Shown: positions 32,389-42,519 of the stretch, in pieces
Layout: the number at the start of each line of letters is the position of its first letter
Position numbering within the stretch: position 1 is the first letter of the stretch
Source of the DNA: a virus
Virus record (IMG/VR): IMGVR_UViG_3300002835_000026
Strand: one strand, 5' to 3'
DNA length: 64,000 nucleotides
The notes under the pieces: model-generated
The model's input: only the letters and a program-made list of their open reading frames with translations
Told to the model about the DNA's origin: nothing
Databases searched by the model: none
Program-made: the position numbers and the translations under genes

Positions 32389-33225
32389 TTAGTCTTTAAA
32401 TAAGTTTATTAAATCGTTTAAATAATCGTTTGCTAAATCAGTACCATATAACACATTAAAACTAGGTTTATCTTTATAATAATTTAATGTTTTTTCTTTT
32501 GCGTTTTGTAATAATGGTAATAATTCGTTTAATTTTTGTTCTAATGTATCAAATCCTTCTAATCTAGATTTGATAAATATTTTTAATTCTGGTGTATCTA
32601 TGTTTAAAGAATCAATATAAGCATCTACATCTAATTGTGCTTCGTTTACATTCTCTTTCCACATTTGTTTAACTTCGATTCCTTTCGCCTGTTGATTCAG
32701 TTTTTTTTGATTAACAGGTTTGTAACCTAGTTTATAGTAATAGTTATTTGTTGTGCCTTTAGAATTAGTATTTTTTTTATAAGCTGCATCTGTACCTGCT
32801 TTTGTAGCTGTTTGTGGTCCTTCACCTGGACTAAATGCCCCTGCTGATGCTCCACCTCCTGTACCTGACTCTTCTTCTAAATCAATATTTAAATTGTTAA
32901 ATTTTTCTTGGTTATAATTATCTAAATATGGTTTTAAATCTTGTTTCCAAACTGCGGTTTGTGAAAAAGCTATATTATCTGCTTGTCCATGCTCTCCTTG
33001 TGTAGCTTTATCTAAGTCTTGGATAGTAATTTTACCAGTCTCCATAGCTTTTTTAAATGTTCTAAATTCATTAGATGGGCTATAGATTTCTAGTTTATTT
33101 TTTAATAATTCTTTACCACCAAAAAGCCAAATCCACTGAAGAGCTGTATCAAATTGTCCGTCAATACCTTTATGAATACTAACTTCTTTTAATGTTTGTT
33201 TAATGATACTTTTTAACTTATCCAT
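32389..33225 (-). CDS. Hypothetical head-module protein (278 aa)
   Basis: Leader MDKLKSIIKQTLKE; internal LEEESGTGGG. Confidence 0.65.
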   Translation of the reverse strand: MDKLKSIIKQTLKEVSIHKGIDGQFDTALQWIWLFGGKELLKNKLEIYSPSNEFRTFKKAMETGKITIQDLDKATQGEHGQADNIAFSQTAVWKQDLKPYLDNYNQEKFNNLNIDLEEESGTGGGASAGAFSPGEGPQTATKAGTDAAYKKNTNSKGTTNNYYYKLGYKPVNQKKLNQQAKGIEVKQMWKENVNEAQLDVDAYIDSLNIDTPELKIFIKSRLEGFDTLEQKLNELLPLLQNAKEKTLNYYKDKPSFNVLYGTDLANDYLNDLINLFKD

Positions 33226-34072
33226 TTACCTTATGTAATTCTTCTAGTAATTCATAATAATGAAGTAAATTAGTCATATCATCATTACTAATTTTATCAT
33301 TTTTATCTAATGTAACTAAAATATTAGACACCTCATTAATTTTAATTTGAGTTGTCTTATCTTTAACTTTTTTATTTAATTTAGTTAAATTAGATTTAAT
33401 TTCTGTTACTTTAGTATTGTAAAAATCTTTTAATTTAGATGGATTATCAACACTGTTGATAAATTCTTTTAATACTGATTTTTGTCCTTCATTTAAATTA
33501 GCATACTTAGAATTAAATTTTTCTAATAACGCTCTATAAGTTAACATACGAATATCTTTATCGTATGACTTAAATTCTTCCATTAGTGTATCTTTAGCAA
33601 CTGTTGTAAGTGGTGCTGAAGTTAAATGTTCTAATAGAATTAATTTATTTGAGATTACTTGGTTAGCTTCTGGTTGATTAATACCATCATACATTTCTAA
33701 TAATGTATAAAACGCTGCTTGTGTTTTGTAGTTAGGAAGTTTGGTTTTAAAAAATTCATCAACGTCATAATTTGCTTTAATTTCTTTAATTAAATTATAT
33801 TTTTGACGACGTAATGCTGATTTGTTTAAATATTTAGCACTTTCTAATAAAGTACTGATAATAATATCGGCTTTGCCTTCACTTAATTTAATGTTGTTTA
33901 ACAACGTTTCATATAACTTATACTCTTTTCCTAACTCTGTTTTTACAAAGTGTTTTTTTAGAATAGTTGCTGCTTTTGAGTCTACGCCTGACAATGTATC
34001 AGACGTAATTTGTCTAACTAAAAGTTCAAATAAAATGCCAGTATTCTTGTATTTTGAATGTTTAACAATCAT
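33218..34072 (-). CDS. Helical protein following the portal (284 aa), probable prohead core component
   Basis: KHSKYKNTGILFELLVRQITSD N-terminus; position immediately after the portal. Confidence 0.65.
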   Translation of the reverse strand: MIVKHSKYKNTGILFELLVRQITSDTLSGVDSKAATILKKHFVKTELGKEYKLYETLLNNIKLSEGKADIIISTLLESAKYLNKSALRRQKYNLIKEIKANYDVDEFFKTKLPNYKTQAAFYTLLEMYDGINQPEANQVISNKLILLEHLTSAPLTTVAKDTLMEEFKSYDKDIRMLTYRALLEKFNSKYANLNEGQKSVLKEFINSVDNPSKLKDFYNTKVTEIKSNLTKLNKKVKDKTTQIKINEVSNILVTLDKNDKISNDDMTNLLHYYELLEELHKVNG

Positions 34073-34088
34073 TCCTAAAGTGTTTTAT

Positions 34089-34097
34089 TATAAATAT
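34089..34097 (-). promoter_or_regulatory. Putative late promoter motif ATATTTATA
   Basis: Upstream of the gene starting at 34072. Confidence 0.55.
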
Positions 34098-34107
34098 ATA
34101 AGGATTA

Positions 34108-35985
34108 TTATTCTCTAATTTGGGATTCATCTAATAGCGAATCTCCTGGTTTTTCTTGACTAAGACATAATTTTTTGTCAACTTGTTCAAACAAACGTTT
34201 ATTTCTTGCGAAAGCTGACTTAGCATTTTCTAAAGCAAACGGTTTGGTTGTTGATTTACCATATCCTGGTTGGTCATCTGATTTCATATCTTTAACACCT
34301 AATCTATCACGACCTAACGCGCTATCTTGTGTGTTAATATTAGATACTTTTTCTTTTGGACGACCTAATTGTGTATCATTATTATATCCTGGTGGTAATT
34401 CACCTTCTGGTCTGCCGTTTTTACTATATAAACTGGCTAAATCATGTGGTGTACCATAAGATTTACCTGTTTCTACTGGATCATTACCTTCTTCTTTAAT
34501 TTGTGCGATTCTAAATTCACGTTTTGCATCTTCAATCATCATATCTCTATATTCATCATATGAATCTTCAGAGAATCTGAATACATTGTCATAAACCCAA
34601 TCAGTAGGCATTAATTTAGTTTCAATGATGTTTTTAGCTAAATCAACTTTTTCCTTCATTAACATAATACGTTCTTGATCATATATAATAGACGGTGTGG
34701 TTAACGATAACTCGAAGTTAGTTAATTCATCATTAGTATAACCTTGAACATATAAATGTACTAATGCGATTTTATATAATTCAGACAATGTAATACGTTG
34801 AATACGATCAATTGTACGAGCAAAACGAATATCTTCCGCTGCTAATGTTGCTTTACCTTGTAAATCTTTATCATAACCTAAAAATGCTTTAGGTACCTTT
34901 AATGCTGCAAATAATTTATCTCTTAAATATGCAACGTCTTGAATACCATCGTAATCTAAACCTTTAGTATTTTCAATACGTGTTGCTTGGTCATTACCTC
35001 TTACTGGAATATAAAAATCTTCTAGTAAGTTTTGCATGTTATATTTTACGTTATATTCACCTGTCTTTTGATCCATTAATGGAGTACGTTTCATTGAACT
35101 AATAGTTTTCTGCATAAATGCTTCAACTTCATTAGGCGGGATAGAACCAACATTAATAAAGAAAGTACGTTTTTCTGGTGAACGAACTACACGATGGATT
35201 AACATTGCATCTTCCATTAACGCGTATTGTTTATATAAACGACGAGCTGGTTCTAGATAAGATCTACCATATGGTAAATAATTAACATCTGTAATTAATC
35301 TAAAGTGAGCAACCTCATAGTTTTCAAAGAAAATACCTGGTTCGTTTTGACGGCCTAAATTAGGTGTATTGTAATAACCATCACCTGATAAAAATCCTTC
35401 AGGTTTAAATTGGAAACGAACAGACGCTGGTTTGTCTTTATCATAATTTTCTTGTCTTTCAATATGATACGCTGTGTATGGAATAACATTATATACACCA
35501 AATTTTTCAGCAATTTCTAATCTTAAGAAAAAATCACCATATTTACACATTTGACGAATCCAAGACCATAAATTAAATTCGATATTTAATACATCATAAA
35601 ATAAGTTATATAAAATTCTTTGAATGTTTTCATCTGATGAACGAATAGATAATACTTCACCCATATCATCTTTTAATGTAGACTCATCAGCTACAATATC
35701 AAGTGCAGAACCAACAATTGCATCCTGATCCATGATATCATAGTCTGAATATAATTGGGTACGTAAGTATTGATAATTTAAATTTAATTGAGCTCCATAA
35801 AGTGAAGATGCATTAGTTGAATAGATTCTATTATATCTATCCATTAATGAGTTAGTAGCGATATCACCTGTTTGTTGTATGGTGTTAACGTCCATTACTT
35901 TTAATTGATCACCACCCTGATTTCTCATCACTACATCAGTAGAGAACAGTCGTTGTAATCGTGAAAATAAGCCTTTGTCTGCCAT
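34108..35985 (-). CDS. Portal protein (T4 gp20-like)
   Basis: YGRSYLEPARR, LMEDAMLIHRVVRSPEKRTFFINVG, EDFYIPVRG, YLRDKLFAALKVPK, EDIRFARTIDRIQ. Confidence 0.95.
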   Translation of the reverse strand: MADKGLFSRLQRLFSTDVVMRNQGGDQLKVMDVNTIQQTGDIATNSLMDRYNRIYSTNASSLYGAQLNLNYQYLRTQLYSDYDIMDQDAIVGSALDIVADESTLKDDMGEVLSIRSSDENIQRILYNLFYDVLNIEFNLWSWIRQMCKYGDFFLRLEIAEKFGVYNVIPYTAYHIERQENYDKDKPASVRFQFKPEGFLSGDGYYNTPNLGRQNEPGIFFENYEVAHFRLITDVNYLPYGRSYLEPARRLYKQYALMEDAMLIHRVVRSPEKRTFFINVGSIPPNEVEAFMQKTISSMKRTPLMDQKTGEYNVKYNMQNLLEDFYIPVRGNDQATRIENTKGLDYDGIQDVAYLRDKLFAALKVPKAFLGYDKDLQGKATLAAEDIRFARTIDRIQRITLSELYKIALVHLYVQGYTNDELTNFELSLTTPSIIYDQERIMLMKEKVDLAKNIIETKLMPTDWVYDNVFRFSEDSYDEYRDMMIEDAKREFRIAQIKEEGNDPVETGKSYGTPHDLASLYSKNGRPEGELPPGYNNDTQLGRPKEKVSNINTQDSALGRDRLGVKDMKSDDQPGYGKSTTKPFALENAKSAFARNKRLFEQVDKKLCLSQEKPGDSLLDESQIRE

Positions 35986-36004
35986 TTTATTATATGTTAT
36001 TAAT

Positions 36005-36013
36005 TATAAATAT
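36005..36013 (-). promoter_or_regulatory. Putative late promoter motif ATATTTATA
   Basis: Upstream of the portal ATG at 35985. Confidence 0.55.
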
Positions 36014-37590
36014 TATCGTATTAACCAACTAATGTCTTCATTTCCGCCCATACCATTTTCTATACTATATGGGTTAGGAACACTAGAACCATACGCTCCT
36101 GTAAATCCTGTTCTGTTAACAGACATATTACTTAATGTTGCTCTAGACATTTCTAGGTTTTGTGATTTAAATCTTAATGATGTATCTCTTAAATACATTC
36201 CAATTGCAAAACTCATAATTAAGTCATCATTGTATCCTGATTGTGCTTCAGGACGACCATTTTTCCAAATGAATACTTTCATTTCTTCTAGTAAACGTTT
36301 AGATTGAATAACAACACTTTTATCACCTATATACTCTCTAAATTTATTAACTATTAAAGGACGAGTTTTCAGTGATGTTGTAAAACCAGGTACTAATTTT
36401 GAATTATCCATATATTGGTCAAAATAAGCATCAGCATTATTACTAGCATCACTTTTAGGTGAATAATATAAATTCTTATATCCACGTTCTTGAATTGCAT
36501 CTAATGCTGACCAACCAATATTAGCATTTTCTACTACTAATAAAGCTTGGTTATATTCTGTAGCTAAACCAACTAAGAAAAATCCAAATTCTTTAGGTGG
36601 TAATTGACCTTTATATTCTGCTACCTGTGTATTAGATTCAACATGTATAACATGGGCTGCGGAAAAATCCTTGCCATCACCCCGTGCTACATCGGCTATA
36701 ACCATATATGATTGAGTATAGTCCGCCGGTTCCCATATCCATAAGTTACGGTCAACTCCGCGGCGTTCTAGCGGTTCTTTTATTGTGGTTTGAGATATAA
36801 ATTCAATCCATTCTGAATAGAATACTGTATCACCTGAAGTACTAAAATCACAATCACACTCTTGAGATGCTAATCTAGGATCACCTAATAATTCGTCTTG
36901 TTTTTTTCTCCATGCTTCATTTCTTTCAGGATGGACAAACCAAGGTAATTTAATAGGTAAGAAATCGTTTTGTTGGGCTTCAGCTTTAACCCATGTTTGA
37001 TGAAACCAATTACCTGTACCATAAGGAGTAGATAATACAATAGCACCACCACCCGTAGCTAAGGTTTGTTGAGCAGAAGCCCAAATTGTATCAATACCTT
37101 CAATAAATGCTGCCTCGTCAATTAATAGTAAAGATACAGCTTCAGATCTACCAGCATCACCAGCAGCTGATACTGCTTTAATTTGAGATCCGTTATTTAA
37201 TCGTAATGTAAGTTTATTATTTTCGTCTGCTGTTACTTTTAACCATGATGGTAAATTTTCATACATGAATTTTACCTTAGTTACCATGTTTTTAGCAGTT
37301 TCTTGCTTTGTAGCAATACAAAGTACGTTTTTATCTTTATGGAATAACATTAACCATAAAGAATAACCAGCTGATAGTGTTGAAATACCTAATTGTCTTG
37401 ATTTAAGTACTATACTGTATGGATTGTCTTTCCATAAATTTAATACTTTATCTTGAAATGGATATAAATTAAACATGATTCTTCCTCTTTGAGGATGTTG
37501 AATATAACAGTATTTTTTCATAAAGTGGCTTGGGTCACTCGCACACTTTACATATTCCTGTCTTATAACTTCACGTAAGTCTTGACTCAT
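36013..37590 (-). CDS. terL: Terminase large subunit (T4 gp17-like)
   Basis: LYPFQ, KSRQLGIST, LLIDEAAFI, STPYG.GNWF, QECDCDF, ADVARGDGKD, GYNDDLIMS. Confidence 0.97.
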   Translation of the reverse strand: MSQDLREVIRQEYVKCASDPSHFMKKYCYIQHPQRGRIMFNLYPFQDKVLNLWKDNPYSIVLKSRQLGISTLSAGYSLWLMLFHKDKNVLCIATKQETAKNMVTKVKFMYENLPSWLKVTADENNKLTLRLNNGSQIKAVSAAGDAGRSEAVSLLLIDEAAFIEGIDTIWASAQQTLATGGGAIVLSTPYGTGNWFHQTWVKAEAQQNDFLPIKLPWFVHPERNEAWRKKQDELLGDPRLASQECDCDFSTSGDTVFYSEWIEFISQTTIKEPLERRGVDRNLWIWEPADYTQSYMVIADVARGDGKDFSAAHVIHVESNTQVAEYKGQLPPKEFGFFLVGLATEYNQALLVVENANIGWSALDAIQERGYKNLYYSPKSDASNNADAYFDQYMDNSKLVPGFTTSLKTRPLIVNKFREYIGDKSVVIQSKRLLEEMKVFIWKNGRPEAQSGYNDDLIMSFAIGMYLRDTSLRFKSQNLEMSRATLSNMSVNRTGFTGAYGSSVPNPYSIENGMGGNEDISWLIR

Positions 37591-37976
37591 ATAACTAGTA
37601 AAATACCAACAAAAGCAATAGAACTAACTATGAACTTTAATTTGAATTTTTTTATTTGTTTTTGGTAATCAGTAATAATATTATCTTTATATTCTAATTG
37701 TTTTTGACGATCTATATCAATTTTTTTATATAATGAAATAGATGTATCTTGATTTTTTATAATAGAATCTTGATTGTTTGTTATTGTAACTAAAATATTA
37801 ACTGAATCTCTAACTACTGTGATTTGATTTTTAAGAAAATCACGTTCATTTTTTACAATTAAAGCATTTTTTAATGTTTTAGTGGGAACTGTAACTAAAT
37901 CCTCAGTTAAAAGCGTTTGTGAACTCACTAACAAGGGCATCATTAGACAAGTTATTAATACGATTATGTTCTTCAT
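37587..37976 (-). CDS. Signal-peptide coiled-coil protein with C-terminal TM helix; spanin-like candidate
   Basis: Hydrophobic N- and C-termini; overlaps the upstream TM/coiled-coil gene. Confidence 0.5.
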   Translation of the reverse strand: MKNIIVLITCLMMPLLVSSQTLLTEDLVTVPTKTLKNALIVKNERDFLKNQITVVRDSVNILVTITNNQDSIIKNQDTSISLYKKIDIDRQKQLEYKDNIITDYQKQIKKFKLKFIVSSIAFVGILLVI

Positions 37977-38259
37977 TGTATTTAGTTTTATATAAATCGG
38001 CTTTATATTTTAAACCCGATAATTTTGTTTTATCTTCTGTTACTTGTTTTTTATAAACAGCAGTAACTGAATCTAATTGGGCAATTTTAATTTTAGTAGA
38101 GTCAATATTTGCCTGTAATGAATCTATTTTATTATTTAATGTTTCGTTTTCTTTAGCCAAACGGAAATTAGGATTAATGTTAAGAATATTTACAATTAAT
38201 AACACTAATCCTATGTATCCTAAAAATTTAAGAATTTCTTTATACAACATCAAATTCAA
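37903..38259 (-). CDS. N-terminal TM plus coiled-coil protein; inner-membrane spanin-like candidate
   Basis: FLGYIGLVLLIVNIL followed by a long heptad repeat. Confidence 0.5.
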   Translation of the reverse strand: MNLMLYKEILKFLGYIGLVLLIVNILNINPNFRLAKENETLNNKIDSLQANIDSTKIKIAQLDSVTAVYKKQVTEDKTKLSGLKYKADLYKTKYNEEHNRINNLSNDALVSEFTNAFN

Positions 38260-39286
38260 ATTTATCCTTTAATGCTTCTAATTCTTTCTTTTGTGCTGTT
38301 TTTTCTTTTAATTTAGCAACAATATTTGCTTTTTCTTCGCCTTCAGCTTTTTTATAGTCGTTAGCTAATGTCTTCATTTCTTTTTCTACTTGAATTAAAC
38401 CTTTTAATACTTTATCTAATTTAGAAGTACGTTTAGTTAATTTATCAGCAGCTTTAGATGCTTGTTTGTCAATATCTGTTTCGTCTGGCGCTGAGTCTTC
38501 GTCTCCTGCTTTATAGTAGTCATCAGCTTCTTCTTCGCCTGTGTTAATATCTTTTTCCACTGCTTTAACTGCTTTTTCTATTTTTTCTTTAGATGGTTTA
38601 ACAACCGCTGCTTTTGGAGCGGCTCCACCCATTGATACTACACCTTTATCTTTTAACATACCCATTAATTCTCTGAATTTAGGATTGTTAATACTAGCTG
38701 TATCATTTAAACCAAATTCTTTAGCTACATCAGCAACTGACATTTCACCTTTTTCTAAAAGATATTCTAATGCTTTTTTAACATTACCTTTAGCTTTTTC
38801 AATTAATGAAGCTAATTCATCTTTCATTTCTTTATTTAAAATGTAAGATACTTTAGCACGAGCCATTTCATTTAAATCATTTTCATTATTAGATAATGAC
38901 ATCATTAAATCTTTTAAAAGATATTTAAAATCTTTATCTTGTAACCATCCTCTTGTATGAGCATAATAATCATAAACATCTTTAACTGAGCTTAATTTTT
39001 TAATATCCTTAATAAATTCATCTGGATTTGGAGATACTTCTGATTCAAACTCATATACTGTTTGTTGTAATGGAGTTAAATCATTAACTTCTTCAGCTAC
39101 GGCTATGGATTGTCCTGATTTTTTAGCTTGATCAATTGCTGCTTTAACAGTAGCAGTTGATGTTTTTTCTGATTTAGCTATTGTGTTAATATCATCAGTT
39201 GTTGTTTGTGGACCTACCATAGTAGTTTCACTTAATGCACCTATGATTTCTTCACGTATAAAAGATTTAAATTCTTTGATTTTCAT
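38240..39286 (-). CDS. Hypothetical protein (348 aa) with leader helix and possible HTH segment
   Basis: MKIKEFKSFIREEIIGALSE leader; 'ALEYLLEKGEMSVADVAKEFGL' resembles a winged HTH. Confidence 0.65.
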   Translation of the reverse strand: MKIKEFKSFIREEIIGALSETTMVGPQTTTDDINTIAKSEKTSTATVKAAIDQAKKSGQSIAVAEEVNDLTPLQQTVYEFESEVSPNPDEFIKDIKKLSSVKDVYDYYAHTRGWLQDKDFKYLLKDLMMSLSNNENDLNEMARAKVSYILNKEMKDELASLIEKAKGNVKKALEYLLEKGEMSVADVAKEFGLNDTASINNPKFRELMGMLKDKGVVSMGGAAPKAAVVKPSKEKIEKAVKAVEKDINTGEEEADDYYKAGDEDSAPDETDIDKQASKAADKLTKRTSKLDKVLKGLIQVEKEMKTLANDYKKAEGEEKANIVAKLKEKTAQKKELEALKDKFEFDVV

Positions 39287-39307
39287 GTTATATTTTTCTG
39301 ATAAATA

Positions 39308-39838
39308 TTATGAAAATATTGTCTCTTTAACTTTTTTAACACGTTCTTCATTAGTTCCGCTAATTTCTACAAAATTTTTCATACGATGTGAATATCTATC
39401 AGCAATTCTTTGAATAAAGAAATCAATTGTTTTTCTAAACTCATTATCAGTTTCACGTACTCCGTTATTTTCCATAACTGTTCCAATAGGATTTACATAA
39501 AATATATAATCATATTGACTAACAAATAATTTAGCGTAATCTTCAAATGCTTCTTTATCTAAAACATTAATAGATTTAGCGCATTTTGCAAATGCTATAA
39601 CATCAATAACTGTTCTATCAGTAATTAATTTAGGACGCATTAATTCACTAACACGTTCGGCTAAGAATATAGTTTGACCATTTAAAGTACTATCAGTATT
39701 TAATGGAATACCTAAATCTTTTAAATATTTACTACGTTCAGTTGTAACATAGTAGTCTTTAAATTCAGGCAATTCACCTAATGATTTTACTAATGTTGTT
39801 TTACCAACACTCATTGTTCCACAAAAACCTATTTTCAT
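39308..39838 (-). CDS. P-loop kinase/ATPase (AAA_28/NadR-Ttd14-like)
   Basis: GFCGTMSVGKTTL, ITDRTVID, YDYIFYV, NGVRETD. Confidence 0.8.
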   Translation of the reverse strand: MKIGFCGTMSVGKTTLVKSLGELPEFKDYYVTTERSKYLKDLGIPLNTDSTLNGQTIFLAERVSELMRPKLITDRTVIDVIAFAKCAKSINVLDKEAFEDYAKLFVSQYDYIFYVNPIGTVMENNGVRETDNEFRKTIDFFIQRIADRYSHRMKNFVEISGTNEERVKKVKETIFS

Positions 39839-39890
39839 ATATTATAATGTATGTAAAGTCTCTAATGAGACCAAGTTGTAATTAATTTGT

Positions 39891-40142
39891 TTAAACTCTA
39901 GAACCAGCTGCATTGCCAGTTGATGATTTGAACCATGGTAAACCTTCACGTTGTTTACAATGTTCTTTAAATAATTTTTCAGTGTATTTAATACCATATA
40001 AATAATACTCACGTTTTTTTCTTTCACCTTGAGGTATTAATGCTGGTCCATCCCAGTTATGATACTTGCCTTCCCAAACATACGCAATTGTTCCGTCTGC
40101 TTTTGTTAATTTTTTAGTTGGTTCAAATTTTTTATTTTCCAT
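39891..40142 (-). CDS. Small hypothetical protein (83 aa)
   Basis: HNWDGPALI..EYYLYG motif; has its own upstream promoter-like motif. Confidence 0.7.
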   Translation of the reverse strand: MENKKFEPTKKLTKADGTIAYVWEGKYHNWDGPALIPQGERKKREYYLYGIKYTEKLFKEHCKQREGLPWFKSSTGNAAGSRV

Positions 40143-40147
40143 ATAAT

Positions 40148-40179
40148 TAAATATAACATCAAATTAGTAGGAGGCCAAA
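40148..40179 (-). promoter_or_regulatory. Bipartite promoter TTTGG-N19-TATATTTA
   Basis: Conserved motif and spacing. Confidence 0.6.
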
Positions 40180-40180
40180 C

Positions 40181-40504
40181 TTATACTGCGAAACTTTCAC
40201 CACATCCACATGTTCGTGTTGCGTTTGGATTATTGAATTGAAATCCTTTACCATTTAACCCATCTGAAAAATCAAGTTCAGTACCTGCTAGATATAGGAA
40301 TGATTTCATATCTAACACTAATTTTTCTCCGTTATCTTCAAATTCCTGGTCACCTGATTTAATAGTATTGTCAAAATCTAATTTATAAGATAAACCAGAG
40401 CAACCTCCTCCTTGTACTGATACACGGAGGAAGTATGTTTCATCAAAATTAGATTCTAATTTGATTACTTTTATTCTATCTCTAGCTTTATCTGTAATTA
40501 TCAC
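40181..40504 (-). CDS. iscA: A-type Fe-S cluster assembly protein (IscA/HesB)
   Basis: GGGCSGLSY, LAGTELDF, FNNPNATRTCGCGESF. Confidence 0.95.
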   Translation of the reverse strand: MIITDKARDRIKVIKLESNFDETYFLRVSVQGGGCSGLSYKLDFDNTIKSGDQEFEDNGEKLVLDMKSFLYLAGTELDFSDGLNGKGFQFNNPNATRTCGCGESFAV

Positions 40505-41196
40505 TTGTATAATTTTAATGTTCCACTACCTATTTCATAATTAGATAATTCATATATTACATATGATTGATTTTCAATCCAGTCTCCTGTATTGATATAT
40601 CTAATATTGTCTATAGTTTTGTCTACTGGTGTGTGAATATGTCCACAAATAACAGTATGGCAATTACGTTTTTTAGCTTGTCTAACCATTTCTTGCTCAT
40701 AATCAACCATAAATGAAACAGCTGCTTTAACATTATCTTTTAAATATTTAGATAAACTTGTTTTCTTATTAATTTTCTTTAATAGTCTATCAATAACAAT
40801 AGCAGCATCATAACCAATTGAGCCTAACATACCTAACCAATGCATTTTAATAATGCCATCATATTTGTCTCCATGACAAAACCAAATACCACCTTCGATA
40901 AATTCGTCTACTATTTTAATATTACCTAATTGCATAGGTGTATATTTTCTTAAGAATTCATCATGATTACCTGATATCCAAATAATTTCTTTTTCTTTAG
41001 ATATTTTAAACAACTTACGTATTACTTTGTTATGATCCGTGCTAAACTTCTTATAACGCTGGAATAACCACCCATCAATAATATCGCCTACTAATATTAA
41101 GCGGTCGTATTCTACGGTTTTAAGTAAATTTATAATAGCTTTAGTATTACAACCTTTAGAACCTATATGTAGGTCAGACATTACTAATGTTTTCAT
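40501..41196 (-). CDS. Calcineurin-like metallophosphoesterase, LpxH/UDP-2,3-diacylglucosamine hydrolase-like
   Basis: SDLHIG, LVGDIIDGW, GNHD, HGDKYD, CGHIH, NTGDWIE. Confidence 0.85.
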   Translation of the reverse strand: MKTLVMSDLHIGSKGCNTKAIINLLKTVEYDRLILVGDIIDGWLFQRYKKFSTDHNKVIRKLFKISKEKEIIWISGNHDEFLRKYTPMQLGNIKIVDEFIEGGIWFCHGDKYDGIIKMHWLGMLGSIGYDAAIVIDRLLKKINKKTSLSKYLKDNVKAAVSFMVDYEQEMVRQAKKRNCHTVICGHIHTPVDKTIDNIRYINTGDWIENQSYVIYELSNYEIGSGTLKLYK

Positions 41197-41197
41197 A

Positions 41198-42514
41198 TTA
41201 TTTTAATAATGATTCGGCAACATAAATACCATGTGCACCACTAACTGTAATACCTCTCGCACTCAACGCATCACCAACAAAGTGTACATTTGGATATTTA
41301 GTTAATGCTAAATTAGTATAGTCTACTAATGGTTCTGGTGATAAATATTTTACTTCAGGTATATAAACTCCCCAATCATCGCCTAATGTTGGAAATATTT
41401 TTTTCATATCATCAATAAAATCTTCAATATATTGAAAATATCCTTGAAATTCTTGTTTTATATCTTTTAATCCAATCTCATCAACTTGAGCTGTATTAAT
41501 AAGAGTTCCTTCAGATGTGGTTGATGGATTACGAGTACCATTAGGTGAATAATATAAACCTGTATTGTTAGGTTTAATTTGTAATTTATTTACTAATTCT
41601 CTAGACCAAGTAAATGGATCTTCAATATCCTTAATTTCCATAATAATACCAAAATTAGTCATTCCATTTAGATATTTAGGATCTTTTTTAGCGTGACCAT
41701 TGTAAGTAACATCACCATATGTTTCTTCTACAGCAACATAAGCCGCGTTATTGTTTGTACAAAATGAACGTAATGAAACACCTTTATCATCAAATTTTCT
41801 ATATAATTTAAAGTCATATGAAATATCAATTAGTTTTTGAAAGTGTTCTTGTGGTGCTTCAAAACGTACTCCAATTTGAACTGATTTAGGTTCATCTGGT
41901 AGTTTATATTCATTTGCTAATTGTTGAGCAAAATCAATTCCTGATTTACCTACTGCAAATATAAGTTCATCATAAGTACCAATCCAAGGACTACCTGTAG
42001 TGGTTTCACCAAATATTTCACTAAAATTAAAATCAATAGTTTTAACTTTAGTTTCCCAAAAAAATCTAACACCTTTAGATACTAAATAATCATACCAATT
42101 TTTAGCAATTTCAGATAAATAATCTGTACCTACATGCCATACAGGAAATAAACGTAAACCGAAATATGGTTTAATAAAATCTGGTTCAGCAATTGGGTTT
42201 GAGCATTGTACTTCTTCAGGTTTAGGATGGAAACGTTTAAAGTTAGTAATAACTTGATCCATTAATTCCATTGCTTTTTCCTCGCCTGTGTACTTAGCTA
42301 ATTGACCACCAATAGCTGTATGGTATGTTAATTTACCATCACTCCATCCACCTGCTCCTAACATTCCTGTCATCACCTCTTCAGGTAAGCGGTTATATGG
42401 ATCTTTACCCATATCAATGATAGTAATTAAATTACCATCATATCCATTATCTACTAATTTAGTTGCAGCATTAATGCCTGCTACTCCGGCTCCAACGATT
42501 ACAATTTTTTTCAT
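41198..42514 (-). CDS. FAD/NAD(P)-dependent oxidoreductase
   Basis: IVGAGVAG, GAGGWSDGKL, AVGKSG, IGVRFE, RSFCTN, PEVKY, FVGD...RGI. Confidence 0.9.
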   Translation of the reverse strand: MKKIVIVGAGVAGINAATKLVDNGYDGNLITIIDMGKDPYNRLPEEVMTGMLGAGGWSDGKLTYHTAIGGQLAKYTGEEKAMELMDQVITNFKRFHPKPEEVQCSNPIAEPDFIKPYFGLRLFPVWHVGTDYLSEIAKNWYDYLVSKGVRFFWETKVKTIDFNFSEIFGETTTGSPWIGTYDELIFAVGKSGIDFAQQLANEYKLPDEPKSVQIGVRFEAPQEHFQKLIDISYDFKLYRKFDDKGVSLRSFCTNNNAAYVAVEETYGDVTYNGHAKKDPKYLNGMTNFGIIMEIKDIEDPFTWSRELVNKLQIKPNNTGLYYSPNGTRNPSTTSEGTLINTAQVDEIGLKDIKQEFQGYFQYIEDFIDDMKKIFPTLGDDWGVYIPEVKYLSPEPLVDYTNLALTKYPNVHFVGDALSARGITVSGAHGIYVAESLLK

Positions 42515-42519
42515 ATATT

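Noticed and set aside
36013-37590. TerL N-terminus MSQDLREVIRQE as a class II cargo leader
   Set aside because: It resembles the motif but is more simply the normal first helix of T4-like terminases, which are not packaged. It is a caution that class II leaders are low-complexity.
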